DNA of 64,000 nt from Alphaproteobacteria bacterium (GTDB taxonomy: Bacteria > Pseudomonadota > Alphaproteobacteria > UBA828): contig CAXXVO010000004.1 of assembly GCA_963422645.2 (NCBI GenBank), positions 64,001-128,000 on the forward strand, in the 5' to 3' direction. The translations under genes were made by a program, and so were the position numbers. The stretch's first letter is position 1; each line of letters begins with the position of its first letter. The notes under the pieces were generated by a model, which was not told the origin of the DNA, ran no database searches, and worked only from the letters and a program-made list of their open reading frames with translations. Positions 29,224-39,969 of the stretch are shown here, piece by piece.

Positions 29224-32200
29224 GTGCGTCTTGAGGATTTGAAGCCGGGCGCGTTCGTCGGCGGTCTGGCGCCCGGCGGGGCGACCAGGCGGTCAAGATC
29301 ACCTACGAAGACGTGTCCGGCGCGGTCGCGAACCGTCTCGTCTACCGCAACGAGGAGCCTGCGCTGGACGTGATCGAGGCCGGACGTCCGTGGTCGTTCG
29401 ACGGCGACGGGGCGCTCCTGCGTCTCGTCTCGGAAGCCTGGCGTATCCGGCTCGCCCACCTGTTCGACCCCTATCTCGCCGTGCACGCCGCGCGCATCGA
29501 GCCGCTGCCGCACCAGATCGCGGCGGTCTACGGGGAGATGCTGCCGCGCCAGCCGCTGCGGTTCCTGCTGGCCGACGATCCGGGCGCCGGCAAGACGATC
29601 ATGGCCGGTCTGCTGATCAAGGAGTTGATGATCCGGGGCGATATCGAGCGCTGCCTGATCGTGGCGCCCGGCGTCCTGGCGGAGCAGTGGCAGGACGAGC
29701 TCGACGGCAAGTTCGGCCTGCCCTTCGACATCCTGACGCGCGAGCAGGCGGAGGCGGCCCGGATCGGCAATCCGTTCGCCGGGCGCGACCTGCTCATCGC
29801 CCGCCTCGACATGCTGTCGCGCAACCCGGAGATGCAGTCGCGGCTCACGGCGGCGCGCGAGTGGGATCTCATCGTGGTCGACGAGGCGCACCGCATGTCG
29901 GCGAGCTTTTTCGGGGGTGAGGTCAAATACACCAAACGTTACCGGGTCGGCCAGCAGCTTGGCGGACTCTGCCGCCATTTCCTGCTGATGACGGCGACAC
30001 CCCACAACGGCAAGGAGCAGGATTTCCAGCTCTTCATGGCGCTGCTCGACGCCGACCGCTTCGAGGGCCGTTTCCGCGACGGCGTGCACCGTGCGGACGT
30101 GTCGGACCTGATGCGCCGGCTCACCAAGGAGGAGCTGCTGCGCTTCGACGGAAGGCCGCTCTTTCCCGAGCGCCGCGCGGAGACCGTCAAATACATGCTC
30201 TCCGACGCCGAGGCCGCGCTCTACGCGGCGGTGACGGATTACGTGCGGGACGAGATGAACCGCGTGGAGCGCTTCGCAGCGGAGGGCGGCGACCGGCGGA
30301 TGCGGAACGTCGGCTTCGCGCTGACCATCCTTCAGCGCCGTCTCGCGTCCTCGCCCGCCGCCATACACGAATCGCTCCGCCGACGGCGCGAGCGGCTCGA
30401 GGCGCGCCTCGCCGAGGAGCGGCTGGCGAAGCGCGGCCGGGAGGCTCGGCCCGGCGCAGGGGTGGGCCTCCCGGAGTGGTTCGACGAAGACGAGGACGCA
30501 CTCGATGAGGCGCCCGGCGCGGAGGCGGAGGCGGAGGCGGCCGAGGACGCCATCGTGGATCGGGCCACGGCGGCGCGCACCGTTGCCGAGCTCGAAGCCG
30601 AGATCGCGACGCTGCGCCGCCTCGAGGCGCAGGCCGCGGCCCTTCGCCGCGCGGGCGCGGACACCAAGTGGACCGAGCTCAACGGGATTCTCGACCACCC
30701 GCTGATGACGGACGGCGACGGCAACCGCCGCAAGCTCATCGTGTTCACCGAGCCGCGCGATACGCTTAACTATCTCGCCGAGCGCATCCGCACGCGGCTG
30801 GGCCGCCCGGAAGCCGTCGTGGCAATCCATGGCGGCGTCGGACGCGAGGAGCGCCGCAAGGCGGTCGAGGCGTTCACCCACGACAAGGAGGTGCTCGTCC
30901 TGGTGGCCAACGACGCCGCCGGCGAGGGAATCAACCTGCAGCGCGCGCACCTGATGGTGAACTACGATCTGCCCTGGAACCCCAACCGGCTGGAGCAGCG
31001 CTTCGGGCGCATTCACCGCATCGGCCAAATGGAGGTGTGCCACTGCTGGAACCTGGTCGCCGACGATACGCGCGAGGGCGAGGTGTATGCGCGGCTGCTC
31101 GACAAGATCGAAGCGGCGCGGGCGGCGCTCGGCGGCAAGGTGTACGACGTGCTCGGGCGCCTTTTCGAGGCCCGTGCGCTGCACGAGCTGCTGATCGACG
31201 CGATCCGCTACGGCGATCGGCCGGAGGTGAAGGCGCGCCTGCTCCAGACAGTGGACGATGCGGCGGGACGGCAGCAGCTTCTGGATCTGATCGAGGAGCG
31301 GGCGCTCGTCAGGGACACGATGAGCGCGGCGGATGTCGCGCGGATGCGCGAGAACATGGAGCGCGCCGCTGCGCGGCGACTGCAACCCTTCCACATCCAG
31401 AGCTTTTTCCTCGAGGCGTTCCGTCATCTCGGCGGCAGGGCGCACCGGCGCGAGACCGGGCGATGGGAGGTCGCGCGGGTGCCCGGCCCGGTGCACGACC
31501 GTGACCGCCTGATCGGGACCGGCGCGCCCGTGCAATCGCGATACGAGCGCATCTGCTTCGAAAAGGAGCGGATCGACCGCGCACCCGTAGCCGCTTGGCT
31601 CTGTCCCGGCCATCCGTTGCTCGATGCGACGCTGGACCTGGTCCTCGAACGCCACCGCGACCTGCTGAAACAGGGCGCCGCGCTGGTGGACGAAACCGAC
31701 GGCGGCGCGGCGTTGCGGGTGCTGTTCTATCTCGAGCACGCGGTGCAGGACGGGCGTACGGGCCGCGACGGACGGCAGCGGGTGGTCTCGCAGCGACTCC
31801 AGTTCATCGAGGTGGACGGAAGCGGACGCATCCGCGACGCGGGTCCGGCGCCCTATCTCGACTACCGGCCGCTCGAAGAGGGCGAACGGCCGCGGATCGC
31901 GGATGCATTGAAGGCGTCCTGGCTCACGGAGGACCTCGAGGGCACGGCCGTCGACCACGCGATCGCCCAACTCGCGCCGCGCCATGTGGAGGAGGTTCGC
32001 GCCCGTCGCTTGCTGGAGATCGACAAGGTGGCGCGCGAGGTCGCGGCGCGGCTGAAGAAGGAAATCAACCACTGGGACCATCGCGCGGAGGACCTGAAGG
32101 CGCAGGAGCGGGCCGGCAGGCGGACCCGACTCTCGGCCGCGCAGGCCGCGGTGCGGGCGAACGATCTCGCCGACCGCCTCCAACTGCGCCGCAAGGAGCT

Positions 32201-32708
32201 CGACCGGGAGCGCGACATCAGCGCCCTTCCGCCGCAGGTGCGCGGCGGCGCCCTGATCGTGCCAGCCGGGCTGCTGCGCGCAGCAGCCGCCGAGTCGGAT
32301 CCGGTCCTACCCGAGGCGACGGCCGAAGCCCGGGCTACCGTCGAGCGTCTGGCGATGGAGGCGGTCATGGCAGCGGAACGTCGCTTGGGCCACGAACCGA
32401 GGGATGTGAGCGCCGAACGGGTGGGCTACGACATCGAATCGTGCGGAAGCGGCAGCAGGAGGCTCCGCTTCATTGAGGTCAAGGGCCGGGTCCGGGGCGC
32501 GGAGACGGTGACGGTCACGCGCAACGAGATCCTCACCGCGCTCAATGCGCCGCACGCCTTCATCCTCGCGATCGTCGAAGTGTCGAACGGCTTCGCAGCG
32601 GAGCCGCGTTATGTTCGGCGGCCCTTCGCGCGCGAGCCGGATTTCGGGGCGACGAGCGTGACCTATAAGCTCGCCGACCTGCTGGCACGGAGAACGGAGC
32701 CGTCATGA
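29224..32708 (+). CDS. SNF2-family helicase with C-terminal DUF3883 PD-(D/E)XK nuclease; apparent frameshift near 29288
   Basis: LADDPGAGKT, DEAH, TATPHNG, EGINLQ, QRFGRIHRIGQ, GYDIES...FIEVKGR. The expected N-terminus VRLEDLKPG (29224) is in a different frame from the main ORF (29313-32708). Confidence 0.9.
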
Positions 32709-33679
32709 CGACCTACTTCTCGGATCGTGAGTTCGGGTCGAAACCGATGGTGGAGGAAACTGTCAGCCGAGTCGTGTGGCAGGCAATCCTTTCACTGATC
32801 AAGACCAGGGCCGATGACGGATCCCTGGCCTACGGCTTCCCTTTGCACTGTCCGGACGGCAACGCTATCGTCAGTACGGATTGGAAAGCCATGTTGAACG
32901 CCATTCGCGCGGAGATTGGGGACCTTGCCAACGACGGTCCAGAAGACGGGTTCGACGCCTACTCTTGGACGACTTCGTCGGACAGCCTGCCGAACACCCC
33001 TGCGGTACTGGATCTCCTCGAATTCGTGGCGAGACATGTCGCGCAACCAGCCCGGCGCGGTTGGCATAAGTTTTACTGTCATGATCATTTGAAACTCGAC
33101 AGAGACCAAGGGCTGTGTAAGTTCGTCGAGGACATCAATCGTCTCTTTTCCCGGAACGGCCTTGCATACAGGCTGACCGATGCGGGCGTCATCGAAAGAA
33201 CGGTGTCGGCGCCAATGGCGGAACTGCTGAAGCAGTCGGGGTTCTCCACAGGGGACCGGGATCTCGACGGCCTTCTCGATACTGCCGTCGAGCGCTTTCT
33301 GTTGCCGAAGCCGGAGGCGCGGCAGGACGCCATGGAAAAGCTCTGGGACGCCTTCGAGCGCCTCAAGACCATTGAAGATCCAGGAGACAAGAAAGCGGGG
33401 GCGACCTCGCTGATCGATAGAACGACCGCCTGTGACGCCGCCGTGTTTCGTTTGGCCGTTACGGAAGAGTTTCAGGCGTTGACCCGGATGGGCAATGAAC
33501 TGCGCATTAGGCATTCGGAGGTTGGAAAGGAGCCGGTAGGAGACAATGGGGAGAAGGACTACCTGTTCATGCGACTTTTCTCGCTCATCTGGTTCATGCT
33601 GAAGGGGACGGAACGGCTTTCCAATGTGCGGAATGACCATTCCGACGATGATGAAGCGCCATTTTGGTGCGATCGATGA
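32705..33679 (+). CDS. AbiJ-N-terminal-domain protein with HEPN-like C-terminus
   Basis: YFSDRE start, LDLLEF, INRLFSRNGLAYRL, EKLWDAFERLKT, GNELRIRHSE; ATGA overlap with the helicase. Confidence 0.7.
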   Translation: MTTYFSDREFGSKPMVEETVSRVVWQAILSLIKTRADDGSLAYGFPLHCPDGNAIVSTDWKAMLNAIRAEIGDLANDGPEDGFDAYSWTTSSDSLPNTPAVLDLLEFVARHVAQPARRGWHKFYCHDHLKLDRDQGLCKFVEDINRLFSRNGLAYRLTDAGVIERTVSAPMAELLKQSGFSTGDRDLDGLLDTAVERFLLPKPEARQDAMEKLWDAFERLKTIEDPGDKKAGATSLIDRTTACDAAVFRLAVTEEFQALTRMGNELRIRHSEVGKEPVGDNGEKDYLFMRLFSLIWFMLKGTERLSNVRNDHSDDDEAPFWCDR

Positions 33680-33710
33680 CGATGGCGCATGAACCGGGAA
33701 CAAACCGCAC

Positions 33711-36577
33711 GTGAACAAATCCCATCGCAAGAAGCTCATCGAGGTGGCGTTGCCGCTCGCCGCGATCAACGAGGCGGCGGCGAAGGAAAAGTCGATCCGC
33801 CACGGCCATCCCTCGACCCTGCATCTGTGGTGGGCGCGCCGTCCGCTCGCGGCGTGTCGGGCGGTGCTGTTCGCGCAGCTCGTGGACGATCCGTCCTCGG
33901 TGCCGGAAGAGTTCTCCGACGCGGCCGCGCAGGCGAAGGAGCGCCGCCGCCTGTTCGACATCATCGAAGAACTGGTGCTGTGGGAGAATTCCAACAATGA
34001 GCGCGTCATCGCTAATACGCGGCGCGAGATCGCGCGCTCGGTCGCCCGCACCCTCGGCGAGGCCCCGCCGCAAGGCAGGGTGGATGTCGATGTTTTTCTC
34101 GCGGAGAAGGCGCCGCCGGTGGCCGACCCGTTCTGCGGCGGCGGCTCGATCCCGCTCGAGGCGCAGCGGCTGGGCCTGCGCGCGCACGGCTTGGATCTCA
34201 ACCCCGTGGCGGTGCTGATCGCCAAGGCGCTGGTCGAGATCCCGCCCCGCTTCGCCGACCTCCCGCCGGTCAACCCGGACGCGCAGGCGACGCTCGCCGG
34301 CGGCGCGGACTGGGACGGCAACGGCGCGCGGGGCTTGGCCGAGGATGTGCGCTTCTACGGCCGATGGATGCGCGACGAGGCGGAGAAGCGGATCGGTCAT
34401 CTATACCCCAAGGCGCGGCTGCCCGACGGCTCTGAAGCCACGGCGATCGCGTGGCTGTGGGCGCGCACCGTGGCAAGCCCCAACCCGGCGGCGCGCGGCG
34501 TGCACGTGCCGCTCGCGAGCTCCTTCGTGCTGTCTTCGAAGAAGAGAAGGGAATCCATCGTGGTGCCGGAAGTCGAGGCGGGCCGGTATCGCTTCACCGT
34601 CAAGTCCGGCAATATCGGCCCGGAGGCACTGGCGCGAGCCAGGGCGGGGACCAAGAACGGGCGAGGCGCCAATTTTACCTGCCTGCTTTCGGGGGCGCCG
34701 ATCCCGGCTGCGCACATCAAGGCCGAAGGGGTGGCCGGGCGCATGGGCGCGCGGCTCATGGCGGTGGTGGCGCAGGGCAGAGGCGGGCGCGTCTACGTGG
34801 CGCCCACCGAAGAGATGGAGCGGGCGGCGCGGAAGGCGAGGCCGGAATGGAAGCCCGACGGTGACGTACCCCGAAAGCTGACCGGTGGAACGTGCTATGG
34901 CTATGGCCTGACGACCTTCGCCGACCTGTTCACCGACCGGCAGTTGGTGGCATTGGGAACGTTTTCCGATCTGGTGGCGGAAGCGCGCGAGAAGGTGAAG
35001 GCGGCGTGGGCGAGTGCGCACCCAAGTATGCGCCCAGGCGGCGGTGCAGAAGCCTATGCCGACGCGGTGGCTACCTGTTTGGGGCTGAGCGTCAGCAAGC
35101 AGGCCAATCGGTCGTCGAATCTGAACTTCTGGGATCCCGGTGGAGCCATGGTGCAACAGGTATTCGCGCGGCAGGCGCTTCCGATGGTATGGGATTTCTG
35201 CGAAGCCAACCCATTCAGCGGATCGAGCGGAAGTTTTGTCGGCAGGTCGGCTATCTCGCGAACGTGGTGGCGGCGTCCCCGCAGAGTGTTCCGGGCGGTT
35301 CCGCGAGACTGGCGGATGCGGCATCGGACGGCGGGGCGCAACCGTCCCGGGTCGTGGCGACCGACCCGCCCTATTACGACAATATCGGCTACGCCGATCT
35401 TTCCGACTTCTTCTATGTCTGGCTGCGTCGATCGCTCGGCGCCGTCTACCCCGATCTGTTCAGGACTCTCCTGACTCCAAAATCCGCTGAACTGGTCGCT
35501 ACGCCATACCGCTTCGATGGCGACCGGGACGAAGCCCGGAAATTTTTCGAGACCGGCCTCGGCCGCGCGATGGCGCACATGCGAGCAGTGCAAGCGCTAC
35601 ATTATCCGATGACCCTCTTTTACGCCTATAAGCAGGCGGAGACGAAGCGCGATGGCGAAGGCAATGGATCGACGGTCTCCACCGGTTGGGAAACCATGCT
35701 GACCGGCGTTATCGACGCAGGCTTCACAGTCGATGGAACCTGGCCCATTCGGACCGAACTGGCAGGTAATCTGAAAAAGCGGGTGTCCGCCCTTGCCTCG
35801 TCCATCGTACTCGCCTGCCGCCCGCGTCCGGACGATGCGCCGATGGCCACCCGGCGCGACTTCACCGCCGCGCTGAGGCGCGAGCTTCCGCCGGCGATCC
35901 GGCGCATGCAAAACGAGAATATCGCTCCTGTCGATCTCGCCCAGGCGGCGATCGGCCCGGGCATGGCGGTGTTCTCGCGCTACGCCCGGGTGCTGGAGGC
36001 CGACGGCGCGGCGATGCCGGTGCGCCAGGCGCTCGTCGAGATCAATCGGGTGCTCGACGAGACCCTGGCCGAGGCCGAGGGCGACATGGACGCCGATACC
36101 CGATTCTGCGTTGCCTGGTTCGAGCAGCACGGCGCAGCCGAGTGCGCCTACGGCGAGGCGGAGGTGCTGTTCACCGCCAAGAACACGTCGTTTGCGGGCC
36201 TGGAGAAGGCCGGCGTGCTCGTCGGCGGAGGCGGCAAGGTCCGCCTCCGGCGCCGGGACGAACTGGAACCGGACTGGGCCCCGGCGACAGACAAGCGTAT
36301 CGCCGACTGGGAGTGCGTCCAGTATCTGGTGCGGGCGATGGACCCGAAGACCGGCGGCGGGGTCGAGGAAGCGGCGCGCCTCGCCGCCGCCATGGGGCCG
36401 GAGCGCGCGGAGAACGCGCGGGCGCTCGCCTACCGCCTCTATACCGTGTCAGAGCGCAAGGGCTGGACCGACGAGGCGCTCGCCTGCAACATTCTTGTCA
36501 CCTCGTTGCCGGATATCCGCGACGCGATGGCCCGTCTCGCGGCGGGCGCCGGGACCCAGGGCGGGCTTGCACTGTAG
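33711..36577 (+). pseudogene. DUF1156 adenine-specific DNA methyltransferase, split by a 1-bp frameshift near 35243
   Basis: [20 protein letters not shown] and [10 protein letters not shown] in ORF 33711-35474; [11 protein letters not shown] and TWPIRTE in ORF 34892-36577. Confidence 0.88.
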
Positions 36578-36591
36578 CAGAGGGCGATAGC

Positions 36592-39500
36592 GTGACCTCG
36601 AATCATCAGCGCGTGACCGAAGGCCTCGAGATACTGACCGGCGTCCTGGCGCCCTATGTCGGCGGCGAGCTGCGGGCGCGGTTCGGCGACGAGTGGTGGG
36701 ACCGGGGAGTCCTCGGCGTGCTCTACGACCAGCAGAAGCGCGGGCTGCCGCCGGCGGGCGAGGATGACGAGTTGGTCGCGCATCTCGACGCGGCCCGCAG
36801 CCTGATCCTGATGGACGTGCAGTGGAACGAACTGTTCCGGCGCAAGCTCGACCGCGAGCATCGGAACTGGATCAAGGAGCTCGTCGCGACGCGCAACAAG
36901 TGGGCGCACAAGGGTCTGATGGACATGGCCGACGACGACGCCTGGCGGGCGCTCGACACGATGACGCGGCTGGTCGAGCAGATGGACTCGGAGGCGACCG
37001 AGCGCCTGCGCGCGCTCGCGCGCACGGTGCGCTACGGTACCGAGGGTCCGTCGACCGCGGCGCGGGGCGCGGAGGACGCAGACGACGCGGCGCCGCACCG
37101 GGCACGCAGCAAGGGGGTTCTCGCCGTCGTTCCCCGACAGGGGCTGAGACCGTGGCGCGAGATTGCGCGCCCACACCCCGATGTCGCGGCCGGGCGCTAC
37201 CGGCAGGCGGAGTTTGCCGCCGACCTGTCGCAGGTCGCGCGCGGCACGGCGGATGTCGAATACCAGGATCCGGTCGAGTTTTTCGCCCGTACCTATCTGA
37301 CCGAGGGCATGCGCGGGCTGCTGGTGCAGGCACTGAAGCGCTTGGGCGGCAATGGCGGCGAGCCGGTCATCCAGCTCAAGACGGCGTTCGGCGGCGGCAA
37401 AACCCACTCGCTGCTTGCGCTCTGGCACCTGTGCCGGGGCCGCGCGCCGCTCGATCGCGTGCCGCAGGTAGCGGAACTGCTTCGCGAAACGGGTATCGGG
37501 AGCCCGCCCGGGGCGCGCATCGCCGTGATCGTGGGGACTGCGCTCAATCCGGCCCGGGAGCGCAGGCCTCCCAATCTTCAGGGCATCGCGATCCGCACGC
37601 TGTGGGGCGAGATCGGCGCGCAGCTTGCGGAGCAGGCCGGCAACCGGAAGCTCTACGACCATGTGCGGGCCGCCGACCGCAAGGGCGTGCCGCCCGGCTC
37701 CGAAGCGCTGCGCGAATTGTTCGACGCCTGCGGCCCGTGCCTCATCCTGATCGACGAGCTCGTCGCCTATGCGCGCAAGATCCATGGCGCCGAAGGGCTG
37801 CCGGCGGGAAGCTTCGATGCCGTGCAGACTTTCATCCAGGAACTCACCGAGGCGGCGCGCGCGAGTAGGAACACGGCGCTGGTGGCGACGATCCCGGAGT
37901 CCGACATCGAGATCGGCGGCGAGGCGGGGAAGGAGACCCTCGCGCGGATCGAACATACCTTCGGTCGCATGGAGGCGATCTGGAAGCCGGTCGGCTCCGA
38001 GGAGGGCTTCGAGGTGGTGCGCCGGCGGCTCTTCCTGCCGATCGACGACGAGCCGGCGCGCGACGATGTGTGCCGCGCGTTCAGCCAGCTCTACCGCGAC
38101 GAGGGCGACGCGTTTCCGGGCGAATGCCGCGAAACGCGCTATCTTGAGCGGATGAAGTCCTGCTACCCGCTCCATCCGGAGGTGTTCGACCGGCTTTACG
38201 CGGACTGGGCGACCCTCGAGCGCTTCCAGCGCACGCGCGGGGTGCTGCGCCTGATGGCGGCGGTGATCCACGATCTGTGGGTGCGCAACGACGCGAGCCT
38301 GCTGATCCTGCCCGGCGCGCTCGGCCTCGACGCAGTAGCGGTGCGCGAGGAGCTGACGCGCTACCTGCCGGAGGGCTGGCCTTCGGTGCTGGAAAGCGAT
38401 GTGGACGGGCGCAACTCGGGACCGTTACGGATCGATTCCGGGAATCCGCGCTTCGGCCGGACGCTGGCGGCGCGGCGCGTGGCGCGCTCGATCTTCCTCG
38501 GCAGCGCACCGCATGTGGTCCAGCAGCAGGTGCGCGGCGTCGAGGACGTGCGCGTGCGTCTTGGCGCGGTGCAGCCGGGCGAGGCCGTCTCGGTGTTCAA
38601 CGATGCCCTGTCGCAGCTTTCCGAACGGCTGACCTATCTCTACCGCAAGGACCGGCGCTACTGGTACGACACGCGGCCGAACCTGCGGCGAACCGTCGAG
38701 GAGCGCGCGCAGCAAGTTGCGGATGACGAGGTCGAGGGCGAGATCGAGCGGCGGGTGCGCGAGACCGCCCGCCGCGAGCGGGGCGAGTTCCGGGGCGTGC
38801 ACGCCTGTCCGGCGTCGCCCGGTGACGTGCCCGACGAGCAGGAATGCCGACTCGTCGTGTTGCGGCCGGACACGCCCCATCGGAGCTCCGACCCGGAGAG
38901 CGCCGCACTGCAGGCCGCGGGCGACATCCTCGCCTACCGTGGGACGGCGCCGCGCCAGCACCGCAACGCACTCGTGTTTCTCGCCGCGGACCGCGAGGCG
39001 ATGGACGGCCTGCGGCAGGAAACAAGGCGCTTCCTCGCCTGGCAGTCGGTGGTCCGCGACCAGGAGGCGCTCAATCTCGACACGCACCAGAGGCGCGAGG
39101 CGTCCGACGGCGAGAAGGCGAGCGACCGCAATGTCCGCATCCGGTTCGATGAGGCATGGCGTTGGCTCCTGGCGCCGGCGCAGCCGGTCGCGAACGGCGA
39201 TGTCGGCGAGCTCGGTTGGGATATCTTTCGGGCGGCGGGCGCCGGGGAGTCGATCCTGCTCCGGGCGTCCCGGCACGTGCGCGCCGCCGAACACGTCATC
39301 GTCCGCTGGTCGCCGGCGCTGCTCCGGATGGAGCTCGACCGCTGGTTCTGGAACGACCGGGATCACGTCTCGGCGAAGACGGTATGGGATGCGCTCGCTT
39401 CCTATTGTTATCTGCCGCGATTGCGGGATCGGGCGGTTTTCGTCGAGGCAGTCCAGGACGGGATCGCGGGCGGGGAGTACTTTGCATACGCAACCAGCGT

Positions 39501-39969
39501 GTCGGAGAGCGGACGCTACGAGGGGCTGACGTTCGGCGCGCCGGCCGCCGCGGTATATGTCGACGCGGCAAGCATTCTGGTCAAACCGGACGCCGCACGC
39601 GCGCAGATCGAGGCCGAGCGGCTGGAGACGAAACGCCGGGAGCCCGATCCGCATGCGGGATCCGATGCAGGGTCTGGCGGAGTTCGGGAGTCGGACCCGC
39701 CGGAGTATGACCCTGAGCCGCGTCCTTCGCTTCTTCCGCGGCGCTTCTTCGGCACGGTCGCGATCGATCCGGATCGCGCCGGCCGCGACATGGGCAAGGT
39801 TGCCGAAGAGGTCCTGCAACACCTGACGACGATGCCTGGTGGGAAGGTCCGGGTCACGGTCGAGATCGAGGCCGAGACGGCGGAGGGCGTCTCCGGGGAC
39901 GTGCAACGGGTCGTCGACGAGAACTGCCGCACGCTGCGATTCGCCATCCACGGGTTCGAGGAAGCCTGA
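36592..39969 (+). CDS. Swt1-like HEPN + DUF499 AAA+ ATPase
   Basis: RNKWAH (Rx4H), PWREIARPHPDV, EFAADL, TAFGGGKTH, LILIDE, YPLHPE, FQRTRGVLRLMA; GTG start at 36592. Confidence 0.9.
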   Translation: MTSNHQRVTEGLEILTGVLAPYVGGELRARFGDEWWDRGVLGVLYDQQKRGLPPAGEDDELVAHLDAARSLILMDVQWNELFRRKLDREHRNWIKELVATRNKWAHKGLMDMADDDAWRALDTMTRLVEQMDSEATERLRALARTVRYGTEGPSTAARGAEDADDAAPHRARSKGVLAVVPRQGLRPWREIARPHPDVAAGRYRQAEFAADLSQVARGTADVEYQDPVEFFARTYLTEGMRGLLVQALKRLGGNGGEPVIQLKTAFGGGKTHSLLALWHLCRGRAPLDRVPQVAELLRETGIGSPPGARIAVIVGTALNPARERRPPNLQGIAIRTLWGEIGAQLAEQAGNRKLYDHVRAADRKGVPPGSEALRELFDACGPCLILIDELVAYARKIHGAEGLPAGSFDAVQTFIQELTEAARASRNTALVATIPESDIEIGGEAGKETLARIEHTFGRMEAIWKPVGSEEGFEVVRRRLFLPIDDEPARDDVCRAFSQLYRDEGDAFPGECRETRYLERMKSCYPLHPEVFDRLYADWATLERFQRTRGVLRLMAAVIHDLWVRNDASLLILPGALGLDAVAVREELTRYLPEGWPSVLESDVDGRNSGPLRIDSGNPRFGRTLAARRVARSIFLGSAPHVVQQQVRGVEDVRVRLGAVQPGEAVSVFNDALSQLSERLTYLYRKDRRYWYDTRPNLRRTVEERAQQVADDEVEGEIERRVRETARRERGEFRGVHACPASPGDVPDEQECRLVVLRPDTPHRSSDPESAALQAAGDILAYRGTAPRQHRNALVFLAADREAMDGLRQETRRFLAWQSVVRDQEALNLDTHQRREASDGEKASDRNVRIRFDEAWRWLLAPAQPVANGDVGELGWDIFRAAGAGESILLRASRHVRAAEHVIVRWSPALLRMELDRWFWNDRDHVSAKTVWDALASYCYLPRLRDRAVFVEAVQDGIAGGEYFAYATSVSESGRYEGLTFGAPAAAVYVDAASILVKPDAARAQIEAERLETKRREPDPHAGSDAGSGGVRESDPPEYDPEPRPSLLPRRFFGTVAIDPDRAGRDMGKVAEEVLQHLTTMPGGKVRVTVEIEAETAEGVSGDVQRVVDENCRTLRFAIHGFEEA

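Noticed and set aside
30519-30541. GCGGAG short tandem repeat as a phase-variation site
   Set aside because: In-frame hexamer in an acidic linker; cannot shift frame.
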